Of a DNA stretch of 51,203 nt, positions 36,308-45,371 are shown one piece after another. The notes under the pieces are model-generated. The model saw only the letters and a program-made list of their open reading frames with translations. It ran no database searches and was not told the DNA's origin. Source of the stretch: a virus (taxonomy: Duplodnaviria; Caudoviricetes); the IMG/VR virus record IMGVR_UViG_3300028840_000792, positions 1 to 51,203 of that record; one strand, written 5' to 3'. Position 1 is the first letter of the stretch. Each line of letters begins with the position of its first letter. Made by a program: the position numbers and the translations under genes.

Positions 36308-37003
36308 ATGGCAAGGAAAAAATATAGTCCCTCCAGACGTGACCTTTCGAAGGCCTGGACTGTAAAGAAGAACGGTGGTCAGAAGAAAGATATATGTTCT
36401 AGGCTGGGTATTACTATAAGAAACTATGAAGACAATGCGCAGAAGTTTAATGCGTACTTTAGACAGAAGAGGTCTAAAGAACAGCACGACATTAGCACTC
36501 TCGATCCGGCAATCGAAGCCACAAAAATAAAACCTCCTGATATGAAGAAGGGAGAAACTAAACTTACTCCCAACAACATAGACTATAATGCTCTTCAAAG
36601 TTATGCTGTTCTTGGTTATACTCAAGAGAAGATAGCTGGTCTTCTTGGAGTAACACGTTCTACATTCTTTACATTCTTAAAGAAACATCCTGAAATAAAG
36701 GAATGGATGGATAATGCTGTAGAGCGTGCCATGGATGATATATATCGAAATGGATTGTTGCTTCTATGTAAACAACACTCATTACCTGATACTCACTTTG
36801 CTAGTTATATGGGTGAGATAGTTTCTCAGAGAACAACAAGACACTTCAATCCAAATTTAGGTGCAATCAAGTATATGTTTGCTAATAAACTGGGTTGGGC
36901 AACTGAACCAAAACCTGAACAGTCTAACAACAAGGGAGCGATCCTTAAGATGTTGGATGAAATCAATAACGGAGAGGAGCATAAAGATGAAGAAAAAAAT
37001 TAG
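36308..37003 (+). CDS. terS: Terminase small subunit
   Basis: HTH segment G.TQEKIA..LGVTRSTF....K.HPE and P...AIKY...N...W; lies upstream of TerL. Confidence 0.72.
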   Translation: MARKKYSPSRRDLSKAWTVKKNGGQKKDICSRLGITIRNYEDNAQKFNAYFRQKRSKEQHDISTLDPAIEATKIKPPDMKKGETKLTPNNIDYNALQSYAVLGYTQEKIAGLLGVTRSTFFTFLKKHPEIKEWMDNAVERAMDDIYRNGLLLLCKQHSLPDTHFASYMGEIVSQRTTRHFNPNLGAIKYMFANKLGWATEPKPEQSNNKGAILKMLDEINNGEEHKDEEKN

Positions 37004-37172
37004 TATCTGGAAGATACTTAAATTAATCTGGTCAAACAAAGAAGCACGTGAATTAATCACGTATATCTTTTATGCAGTCAGTGACTTCAAACTTACTGAT
37101 GATGAAAAGACTGGAATCAAGACGAGGTCTAAACAGTTACTCGATTCTCTACTTCAACCAATATACAAGTAA
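36987..37172 (+). CDS. Hypothetical protein
   Basis: GAGGAG before ATG 36987. Confidence 0.55.
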   Translation: MKKKISIWKILKLIWSNKEARELITYIFYAVSDFKLTDDEKTGIKTRSKQLLDSLLQPIYK

Positions 37173-37204
37173 CACAGTTCACACCAGCAGAAAGGAGACA
37201 ATGA

Positions 37205-37510
37205 ATGAATCCAGAAGAATCAAAAAAACAAAAAGAGTTAGCTGATACTCTTATCGAAAAAAAGCAATGGAAAGTTTTTTTATTGATGGAAAGAGACATA
37301 CTTCTATCGATAAAAGGATACATCACAGCGACAAACATACCAGAAGAGACTATATTCGTTCGAGCCGGCTATCGTCTTGAACTGAGTGGTATTGCTATGC
37401 TGGGTGTTAATCCTGATTATGAACCAATGAAAGATGGGGAGACTCCTGAAGTCATTCCTGTCCAGTGGAAGACAACACGTAAGTATAATAATCAGGATGT
37501 TCCAGGATAA
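37205..37510 (+). CDS. Hypothetical protein
   Basis: AAGGAG RBS. Confidence 0.6.
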   Translation: MNPEESKKQKELADTLIEKKQWKVFLLMERDILLSIKGYITATNIPEETIFVRAGYRLELSGIAMLGVNPDYEPMKDGETPEVIPVQWKTTRKYNNQDVPG

Positions 37511-38747
37511 AGTTAGAACATTTAAACAACAGAAATTTTCCTATAGGAATTCCAATAGGAGAATAAATCTGTGGGAAGGTCCTGTCCGTAGTGGCAAGAC
37601 TGTTAGTTCTATCTTTCGGTGGATTAAGTATATAGGCAACGCTCCTGATGGCGATCTTATCATGACCGGCAAAACGAACGGTACGTTATACCGAAACATA
37701 ATTCGACCAATGCAAGAGTTGCTGGGTGATGATATGTATTACCATCAGGAGTTAGATTCACGTGTCATTGATATGTGGGACAGGAAGATATACTGTTTTG
37801 GTGCTAATGATGAAAGAGCAGAAGCCAAGATACGTGGAATGACTGCAGCTGGTGGTTATGGTGATGAAATTACTCTATGGCCTGAGAGTTACTTCATGAT
37901 GCATTTGTCTAGGATGTCTGTAGCCGGTGCTAAATTCTTTGGTTCTACAAATCCAGATAATCCACAACATTGGCTTAAGACAATGATAAATCGTAAGAAT
38001 GATTTAGACATGAATGTTTTTCACTGGCCTTTAGAAGCTAACATGCTTTCCAATGGTGGTTTCTTACCTGATGAATTTGTTGAACAGTTAAAAAAAGAAT
38101 ACGTCGGTCTATGGTACCGGCGTTTTATCTTAGGAGAATGGTGTGTAGCTGAAGGAGCTATATACGATTTCTTTGATGAATTAATACATGTATTACGAGA
38201 TGCTCCAAGTGCTGCCAGGTTTTATCAAGTATCAATAGACTATGGCACCAATAATCCTACATCATTTGGTCTATATGGGTTTAATCCTCATACTAAACCA
38301 AGGGTATGGAGAGAAAGAGGTTATTTCTGGGACAGTAAGAAAGAAGGACGACAAAAGACTGACAGAGAATTCTCTAAAGACCTAAGAAGGTTTTTAGGAA
38401 CAATAAAGCCACGTAAGATTATTATAGACCCCAGCGCTGCTTCATTTAAATTACAGTTAAAGAAAGACGGTTTCTTAAATGTTGTTGATGCTGAGAATGA
38501 AGTTGTTGATGGTATACGTACTCAGGCTCGTATGCTTCAGTCTGGTGAATATGCCATAATAAACCATCCTACAAATCAACCGTGCATCAATGAATACTAT
38601 GGCTATGTATGGGATGAGAAGGCGTCTAAACGTGGTGAAGACAAGCCATTAAAAGAAGGAGACCATACCAAAGATGATGAGAGGTATCTATTACATACCA
38701 ACTTTGGTCAGGAGTCTTTAGACCTTTCAATTTTAACGAGGATGTAA
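37434..38747 (+). CDS. terL: Terminase large subunit (PBSX-like; start may be 37497)
   Basis: GPVRSGKT, YGDE, STNP, RRFILGEW, IDYG..NP, DPSAASF and DH..D..RY motifs. Confidence 0.93.
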   Translation: MGRLLKSFLSSGRQHVSIIIRMFQDKVRTFKQQKFSYRNSNRRINLWEGPVRSGKTVSSIFRWIKYIGNAPDGDLIMTGKTNGTLYRNIIRPMQELLGDDMYYHQELDSRVIDMWDRKIYCFGANDERAEAKIRGMTAAGGYGDEITLWPESYFMMHLSRMSVAGAKFFGSTNPDNPQHWLKTMINRKNDLDMNVFHWPLEANMLSNGGFLPDEFVEQLKKEYVGLWYRRFILGEWCVAEGAIYDFFDELIHVLRDAPSAARFYQVSIDYGTNNPTSFGLYGFNPHTKPRVWRERGYFWDSKKEGRQKTDREFSKDLRRFLGTIKPRKIIIDPSAASFKLQLKKDGFLNVVDAENEVVDGIRTQARMLQSGEYAIINHPTNQPCINEYYGYVWDEKASKRGEDKPLKEGDHTKDDERYLLHTNFGQESLDLSILTRM

Positions 38748-38749
38748 CA

Positions 38750-39298
38750 ATGAAAATCGCAATATTTCCAGGACATATAGGTAAAGACAGCGGAGCATTA
38801 GACAGAGTCAGTGGTCATGAAAGCGATCATTTAATGACAATAGAATCTGTAATCAATGGTCAGGTTGCTGTTCTATTAAAAACAAAATTAGACCAGATGG
38901 AGATTAACAATGAGATATACATTGGTTCTTTTCAAAAGAGGATTGACAAGAGTCAGGGATGTGACCTTGGCATTAGTCTTCATTGTGATTCTTTCACTGA
39001 TAGTTCCGCTAATGGTTGGACTGTCTTCCATTACCCGGGGAGTAATAATGGCGTTAAATTCTCCAGCACACTCAGGTTCGAGCTTGAAAATTTTGTGGGG
39101 AAGTATATTAGAGGACGTGGAATAAAACCACATAGTTACTATATACTTGCTAAGACTAAGTTTCCATGTGTTCTACTTGAAATGGGATTTCTTACGAATG
39201 TAGATGATGAAATTAACTTAAATACGTATGAGGTTCAGAATCTCATTGCTCATAGTATATATTGTTCTATATTAAATTTCGTTCAAATGAAAGGGTAA
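38750..39298 (+). CDS. N-acetylmuramoyl-L-alanine amidase (Amidase_3) endolysin
   Basis: PGH.G.D.GA, E...N, SLHCD and LLEMGFLTN..D zinc-amidase motifs. Confidence 0.88.
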   Translation: MKIAIFPGHIGKDSGALDRVSGHESDHLMTIESVINGQVAVLLKTKLDQMEINNEIYIGSFQKRIDKSQGCDLGISLHCDSFTDSSANGWTVFHYPGSNNGVKFSSTLRFELENFVGKYIRGRGIKPHSYYILAKTKFPCVLLEMGFLTNVDDEINLNTYEVQNLIAHSIYCSILNFVQMKG

Positions 39299-39302
39299 AA
39301 CC

Positions 39303-40718
39303 ATGACAAAGAAAAAACCAGCAGCACTACATCACAAACGTAGTGATTCTGCCATAGTCCGTGCCAGGAAACAATTAAACACAGATGGCTGGAGTAACAT
39401 ATACACTGGTCAGGGCATTGAAGGAAAGGACAAATTTTTAGGCACATCGTTTGGAAGAGTAGCTAGATTCACAGAACAACAGTTGTCTGACCTCTATCGT
39501 GGCGATGGTTTTGCTAAAAGGATTATTGACTTTCCAACTGGGGAAATGATTAGAGAATGGTTTGAAGTCAATGGTGATACTGACGGTGATATAAATAAGT
39601 ATCTAGCAACAATACGAACAAGACAGGCTGTACTGATGGCACTACGGTGGGCAAGGTTACATGGTGGTGCTATTGTTGTAATGATTATCAACGATGGTGG
39701 TTCTTTAGATACTCCTCTTAATGAAGCAAACGTTAGAGGTATAGAGGCTTTCCACATATACGAAAGATGGAGAATCACATGGACTACTGCTGACCTGTAC
39801 CAAGACCCAAATGACCCCAAGTTTGGTACCCTTGAGTATTACCATGTATCTCCAGTGTCTGAAGGAGGGATATCACCATTCACTGTTCATGAAACAAGAA
39901 TCTTAAAGTTTGATGGCATGCCTGTGTCAAACAAGGTGAGGCAGGAAAACAATGGTTGGGGTGATTCATACATTCAGTCTGTGTATAATGAACTGGCAAA
40001 CTTAACTGGTAGTTTCTATGCTGCTAGGAATGTATTGGATGATTTTGTTCAAATCTTAATCAAGATAGAGAATCTTCAGGAATTGATTGCTGCAGGTAAT
40101 GAAGCACTCGTTCGTAAGCGTCTTGAAATCATAGATATGGGTAGACATATGATGAATACAATCATGCTTGATGCTAGAGAGGATTATGAAAAACATTCAT
40201 CATCTATTGCCGGTATGTCTGATGTATTACAAAAGATGGGTGAAGCGTTATCTACTGTTACCGAGATACCAATGACACTCCTATTCGGTCAGTCTCCTAA
40301 GGGGTTTAATGCTAAGGATGATGGTAGTCTACGTAAGTGGTATGACAAGGTAGCTCAAGACCAAGAGGATGAATTAAGACCTAACTTAGAGAGACTTGTA
40401 TATCTCTCAATGATATCTAAAGAAGGTCCTACATCAGGGTCTGAAATTAAAGACTGGTCTATCACGTTTAATCCATTGTGGCAGCCTACTGAACAAGAGA
40501 TTGTTGATATGAGAAACAAGCAGGCTGAGACTGATAAGATATACATCGATTCCGGAGTCTTATTTCCAGAAGAGGTCGCTACATCACGATTTGGTGGCGA
40601 TGAATACTCTATAGAAACAAAACTGACAAGTACAGAATCAAGAGAAAGACCACAGAAAATTCCTTTCGGTATGGAACCAGAACCAGAACCTGATGATGAC
40701 GATGAAGATGAAGAGTAG
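39303..40718 (+). CDS. Portal protein (DUF1073-like)
   Basis: DGW.N, RIID, WARLHGG, HETR, GWGDS, IPMTLLFGQSP.G.NA and FNPLWQ motifs. Confidence 0.9.
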   Translation: MTKKKPAALHHKRSDSAIVRARKQLNTDGWSNIYTGQGIEGKDKFLGTSFGRVARFTEQQLSDLYRGDGFAKRIIDFPTGEMIREWFEVNGDTDGDINKYLATIRTRQAVLMALRWARLHGGAIVVMIINDGGSLDTPLNEANVRGIEAFHIYERWRITWTTADLYQDPNDPKFGTLEYYHVSPVSEGGISPFTVHETRILKFDGMPVSNKVRQENNGWGDSYIQSVYNELANLTGSFYAARNVLDDFVQILIKIENLQELIAAGNEALVRKRLEIIDMGRHMMNTIMLDAREDYEKHSSSIAGMSDVLQKMGEALSTVTEIPMTLLFGQSPKGFNAKDDGSLRKWYDKVAQDQEDELRPNLERLVYLSMISKEGPTSGSEIKDWSITFNPLWQPTEQEIVDMRNKQAETDKIYIDSGVLFPEEVATSRFGGDEYSIETKLTSTESRERPQKIPFGMEPEPEPDDDDEDEE

Positions 40719-40726
40719 GATGAATC

Positions 40727-43700
40727 ATGCCAGTAATGAGATGCCAGATAAATGGTAAGAAGGGATGGAAGTATGGCGCTTCAGGAAAGTGTTATACTGG
40801 ACCTGATTCCAAGTCTAAGGCTGCTGCTCAGGGTAGAGCAATAAAGGCAAGCCAGTCAAGGGGTGATGCAGCGTCTCCTGATGCTGTAATGCAGATTGAA
40901 ATGAGACGACAACAGATGGCTGGTCGTAAACCAAGAAAGTTTGTTGTACAAAAGAGACTTCCTAAGTGGCTGTTTCCTATGCCGATGGAAATGGAATATG
41001 AAGCTAAGTTAGTCAAGTACGTAGAGGCAATCGAAGGAAAGATTGAAAAGATACTTATTCCACACATACCTAGTCTTATAGAACAGAGAAACGCTTTTGT
41101 TCCTGAGTCTTCTGAAGGTAAAACTGATACACGTTCTGATGACTGGGCTGATGATGGCGAAAGACTGATGGAGTCTGTCGTCCTGTCACTGGAAGATATA
41201 CCATTCAGTAAACCAGCACTGGCTGCCGATATAGCAAACAAGACCAATGCATGGAATGATAAGGAATGGAAGAAGATTCTTAATGCTGCATTTGGTGTCG
41301 ATGTATATCAAAGGGAACCATGGCTCAACCAAGAATTAAATTCATTCTCTAAAGAGAATGTTACTCTAATCACTAAGATGGAACAGGATTTACTTGATGA
41401 TGTCAGTTCCACTCTACAAAGAAGTATTAAGCAGGGTAATTCAGCCAGTACTGTTGCTGAAGAAATAAGACAAAGAACTAACGTATCAAAATCACGTGCT
41501 AGACTTATAGCGAGAGACCAGGTAGGAAAATTAAATGGTCAATTGACTGAATTACGCCAGACTAACATAGGTGTTACACACTATCTATGGAGAGACTCTG
41601 ATGACAAGAGGGTAAGACCCACACATCAGAAGAACGATGGCAAACGGTTTTCCTGGGAAAAACCACCAGCTGGTACCGGACATCCTGGACAGGACATACA
41701 GTGCCGGTGCTGGGCTGAACCTGATTTTACACCAGTGTATCGAGAGATACAACCTGAACCTGTTGCTCCATTAATAGAAGAAGGCAAGCTTAATGATGCT
41801 CAGAAAGAATTACTGAAACAGTATGATTCTGTTCAGGCTACAGATAATTTCGTTATTGCAATGTCAATGTTTGCTCAGAGATTCGGAACTACTTCAATGT
41901 TAAGAAATTCTAGAATCATGTCTGTGTTTAATGTCAGTAAACTTAAAAAATATATTTCATTAAGAAATCTTGTCAATTTAAGTAAGTTTACAGGCTCTAA
42001 CTCCTTGGTAATTGAAAATCTTCTTAACACTGCGTTACAATCTCAGACAGGATTAAGGATACCTAAGGGTATGGTTCCAGCAGCTACCAAGATTCTTAAA
42101 GGAGTTAAAGTTTCTAAGACAGCTAGTGCATACATCGTAGGTGCAGATGAAGTTGTTGATGCTCTTGGTAAAGTTCGTAGATTTATAAAGACTAATAAGG
42201 TTTCTAAAAAGGGAGTGACGTTTAATCAAATAAAGAAAGGAAAGTTTGCTAAGCCACTGCCACCGTCAAAGACTGGCACAATAATAAGTAAAGAAAAATT
42301 GACAAAAGAAAAACGATCTAAAATTCTTGATGAAATTGGTCAAATATATTCTGATAAACTAGATACTGATAGACTTATTTTTATGAGGGATGCTATTGCT
42401 GAACCACATACTAGCGCTGTGTATATTGCTAGAGATGTGAATACTGGTATGATTAAAGGAGCTATGTCAATTGTTGATGAGAAAGATGCTTTGTATATCA
42501 GTAACTTAGGTTCTATGTTTGAAAAAGAAGCTATTGGCACTCAGTTAATTCAAGAAGTATTGTTATTAGCTAAAAAAAGAAATATTCCTGTCTGGCTTAA
42601 TTCCACACCTAATTCAGCATCTTTTTATGAATGGTTGGGTTTTAAACAACCGAAAAAAAATTATTTTGTTGCTAGAGTCAATGAACTGGATAAGATACTT
42701 GGTATAGTCGATCTTAGAATAGGTCAAGCAATTCTTCCTAAGTTTCCTCCTACAGTGACTAAACCTCCAAAACCTACAGCAGTTAAGAAAAGGAAACCTA
42801 AGGCTCCTGTTAAGCCTAAGAAAAAGATTGCTGATGTACCTGAAACACCAAAGCCATTTAAACCAGTTGAATTTGAACCATATCTTCCAGAGAAGAACAT
42901 TCATTTTGATACTGAAGTTGATATTGTACAGCATCAGAATTTAGCTAAAAATAGACAGGTTATATCTGAGTCACTGAAAGAAACATACACTCTTGAAAGG
43001 AGAAAGAGGCTTTCTAAGAGAGGTCAACAGGGTCTAATGGCTATTGAAGATGCTGCTGACAGTAAACTTTCTAGTGATATATTTGTCGCTAGAGATGCTA
43101 ACTCTGGTGATATAATCGGAGCATTGGCTGTAGATTTTGGAAAGACTGAAGGCATACAGATACATTCATTAGGGACTATCTATCCTGACGAAGCCATAGG
43201 AACTGAATTAATGGAAAGAGTTTTTTGGCATGCTAAGAATTCTAATAGATCGATTCTTGTAAGTGCTACAAAAGATTCTGTTCCATTTTATCAGAGGTAT
43301 GGCTTTAACGTAGGAAAGGTAGTCAAAGATACTGACATAAGAATGCGCTTGTTTCCTGAAGCACTTCCTTCAGCTTATGCTCGTGTTGCTACTGACATGA
43401 TGAATGCACATGGAACAATAGGTGTATTTCCAGCTGGTAATAGACCACAGATATTAAAGAAGGGTGCTGGTAACAGAGCCACTAAGGTAGCTTCTCTTGG
43501 TAATGAGATACGATACGTTTCTAGACAGGAACTGGGTATCTTTATTGATGCTAGAACAGGAACAACAATAAGTAGATTTCGTGGTGGTGATTCAGAAATA
43601 TCTATAGACGATCTTGACTTAGCTAGATTTGAAGATAACATATTCATACATAACCATTCTAATAACACATCATTCAGTCCTCCTGACTTGATTAATGCTT

Positions 43701-44629
43701 TCGCAACTAATCTTTCTAAGTCTATTGCTGTATCTCCAAAGTATACATACACAATATCTAGAAAGAGTGGTAAGAAAGAATGGGTTCCTGAAATGAATCA
43801 GGCTGAGGTTGAATCTTTTAAGAAAGAATGGCAGGACTCATTTCTTACAGAATATCGTAAGTTAAACAATAAACTTCTATCAAAACAAACATTTCTTGAC
43901 CAGGCTGATTCAGACATAATGATGGCTGAGGCTACTCACACAGTTAACAAGAAGTTTGCTAGTAAGTATGGTTTTAATTATGTTAGACATCCTCACATAG
44001 AAGTTAAAGACATACCTAAGACTAGCACTATTCCCAAGGGAACATCAGACATAACTAAGTTACGTTCAGAAGCTAAGAAGTTTAAAGACACAATAAAGAG
44101 TCAGAGATATTGGACTACAAGACAAGGTATTGATGACTATGTTCAAGATGCTGGTGAATCTGTAAATAATTATCTTCTTAATCCAGACGAGATTAGACGT
44201 AAGGCGTCTGATAAATACATAGATGAACTTGAAACAATAATAGATGGTCTTGACTTTATGTTTGATTCTCTCCCATATCCACGGTATGCTGGTGAATCAT
44301 TTCGTGGTATGAACTTTTCACCTACTCAGTTTGATGATTTTCTTGACATACTTGATGATGCTGGAAGAGATGGAACAATCTCATTTCCTACATTCGTGTC
44401 TTCAACAAGACAGTCATCTAAAGCTGTTCATTTTATGAATAGAACTAGTGGATACAATGTGTACATGACTATCAAGGGGAAGAATGGTTTCTTTATCGAT
44501 GACATATTCAGTACATTTGATGAGAAGGAAATATTGTTTAGAAGAGATACTAAATGGAAAATCTTATCAATGGAAGAACAGGATGTATACGGTAGACCTG
44601 GCTTAGTACTTGAACTGGAGGAACTATAA
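40727..44629 (+). CDS. MuF (SPP1 gp7-like) minor head protein fused to two GNAT domains, a JAB-like domain and an ADP-ribosyltransferase
   Basis: MuF: RARLIARDQ, W....D.RVR..H, HPG....CRC. Two GNAT copies: AIGT.L...FY...GF. JAB-like: HNH...SFS..D. ART: FRG...FVSST...EKEILF. Confidence 0.85.
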   Translation: MPVMRCQINGKKGWKYGASGKCYTGPDSKSKAAAQGRAIKASQSRGDAASPDAVMQIEMRRQQMAGRKPRKFVVQKRLPKWLFPMPMEMEYEAKLVKYVEAIEGKIEKILIPHIPSLIEQRNAFVPESSEGKTDTRSDDWADDGERLMESVVLSLEDIPFSKPALAADIANKTNAWNDKEWKKILNAAFGVDVYQREPWLNQELNSFSKENVTLITKMEQDLLDDVSSTLQRSIKQGNSASTVAEEIRQRTNVSKSRARLIARDQVGKLNGQLTELRQTNIGVTHYLWRDSDDKRVRPTHQKNDGKRFSWEKPPAGTGHPGQDIQCRCWAEPDFTPVYREIQPEPVAPLIEEGKLNDAQKELLKQYDSVQATDNFVIAMSMFAQRFGTTSMLRNSRIMSVFNVSKLKKYISLRNLVNLSKFTGSNSLVIENLLNTALQSQTGLRIPKGMVPAATKILKGVKVSKTASAYIVGADEVVDALGKVRRFIKTNKVSKKGVTFNQIKKGKFAKPLPPSKTGTIISKEKLTKEKRSKILDEIGQIYSDKLDTDRLIFMRDAIAEPHTSAVYIARDVNTGMIKGAMSIVDEKDALYISNLGSMFEKEAIGTQLIQEVLLLAKKRNIPVWLNSTPNSASFYEWLGFKQPKKNYFVARVNELDKILGIVDLRIGQAILPKFPPTVTKPPKPTAVKKRKPKAPVKPKKKIADVPETPKPFKPVEFEPYLPEKNIHFDTEVDIVQHQNLAKNRQVISESLKETYTLERRKRLSKRGQQGLMAIEDAADSKLSSDIFVARDANSGDIIGALAVDFGKTEGIQIHSLGTIYPDEAIGTELMERVFWHAKNSNRSILVSATKDSVPFYQRYGFNVGKVVKDTDIRMRLFPEALPSAYARVATDMMNAHGTIGVFPAGNRPQILKKGAGNRATKVASLGNEIRYVSRQELGIFIDARTGTTISRFRGGDSEISIDDLDLARFEDNIFIHNHSNNTSFSPPDLINAFATNLSKSIAVSPKYTYTISRKSGKKEWVPEMNQAEVESFKKEWQDSFLTEYRKLNNKLLSKQTFLDQADSDIMMAEATHTVNKKFASKYGFNYVRHPHIEVKDIPKTSTIPKGTSDITKLRSEAKKFKDTIKSQRYWTTRQGIDDYVQDAGESVNNYLLNPDEIRRKASDKYIDELETIIDGLDFMFDSLPYPRYAGESFRGMNFSPTQFDDFLDILDDAGRDGTISFPTFVSSTRQSSKAVHFMNRTSGYNVYMTIKGKNGFFIDDIFSTFDEKEILFRRDTKWKILSMEEQDVYGRPGLVLELEEL

Positions 44630-44772
44630 TGGCTGAAGATAGAAAGAGGAGATGGAGACAACCTATGATGCCTGCTCTGATTAAGAGAGGCAAAAAAAGG
44701 TCTGATGAAGAATCATCATTCATAAACCTTCGTAAAAAAATAAAGGAGGAAAAAGATGCCGGGGATCGATGA
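44629..44772 (+). CDS. Small basic 47-aa protein (not in ORF track)
   Basis: TAATG-coupled to MuF with GGAGG RBS; MAEDRKRRWRQPMM... Confidence 0.5.
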   Translation: MAEDRKRRWRQPMMPALIKRGKKRSDEESSFINLRKKIKEEKDAGDR

Positions 44773-45001
44773 CAGATTTGTTGATGGTGACTATTTTTCT
44801 CCAGTGTGTAGTAACTGTAACAATCTACTTGATATGGTTAAGCATACATGTCGTGCTTTTCCTGAACCTGACAGGATACCTGATGAGATATGGGGAAATT
44901 CTAACAAGCATACAAAACCAGTCAAGGGAGACATGGGGATAATATTTCAACCAATTAAAAAGACCACACCAAATCAGAAGGCAGTAGAGAATGTACAGTA
45001 A
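44756..45001 (+). CDS. Small Cys/His metal-binding protein downstream of MuF-ART
   Basis: C..C........C.AFP....IP.EI......H..P..GD.GI.F.P; AAGGAGG RBS. Confidence 0.7.
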   Translation: MPGIDDRFVDGDYFSPVCSNCNNLLDMVKHTCRAFPEPDRIPDEIWGNSNKHTKPVKGDMGIIFQPIKKTTPNQKAVENVQ

Positions 45002-45227
45002 CATTGATGAATACATCGAATTAATAAGAGACCAGATACATCGTGTCTCTAGAGAAAAATTCACAGGTAACATTAAAGTAAATATATCAATGCGTCAGGG
45101 AGGTATTGGACGTGTCAACCTAAACATGGATACCAACCTGGAATTAAAAAATTTATCAAAATCGGCCGAAAATGCGACATTTAAAAAAAAGCCTTTACGC
45201 GTCCATCCCGGCATGATAGATTATTAA
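44991..45227 (+). CDS. Small protein, YezD/DUF2292-like pattern
   Basis: Helix followed by KFTG.I.V.I....GGI..V beta-hairpin pattern; lies directly before a structured leader. Confidence 0.5.
   Translation: MYSNIDEYIELIRDQIHRVSREKFTGNIKVNISMRQGGIGRVNLNMDTNLELKNLSKSAENATFKKKPLRVHPGMIDY
45183..45222 (+). promoter_or_regulatory. Promoter for the capsid/late operon
   Basis: A8 tract, CC-TTTACG (45194-99), 17 nt ending TGA, then TAGATT (45217-22). Confidence 0.68.
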
Positions 45228-45240
45228 CAGGTATTTTACC

Positions 45241-45362
45241 AGGCCGTCTCGTGGCCTTTTGAATTAAAGAAAAGAAGTTAACGAGACCCTGGGCAATGGT
45301 CGCTATTCTCCTTTCAAAGATTAGCTACCTAGCTCAGGGTCTTTTCTTTTTGTAGAAAGGGG
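45241..45362 (+). promoter_or_regulatory. Structured 5' leader: pseudoknot, terminator-like hairpin and anti-SD
   Basis: Pairings are listed in the corresponding finding. Confidence 0.6.
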
Positions 45363-45371
45363 ATGTATATT

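Noticed and set aside
39303-40718. Anti-CBASS (Acb1) label sometimes given to this portal family
   Set aside because: Motifs and position are those of an ordinary DUF1073-like portal; I see no appended HxT/S phosphoesterase domain.
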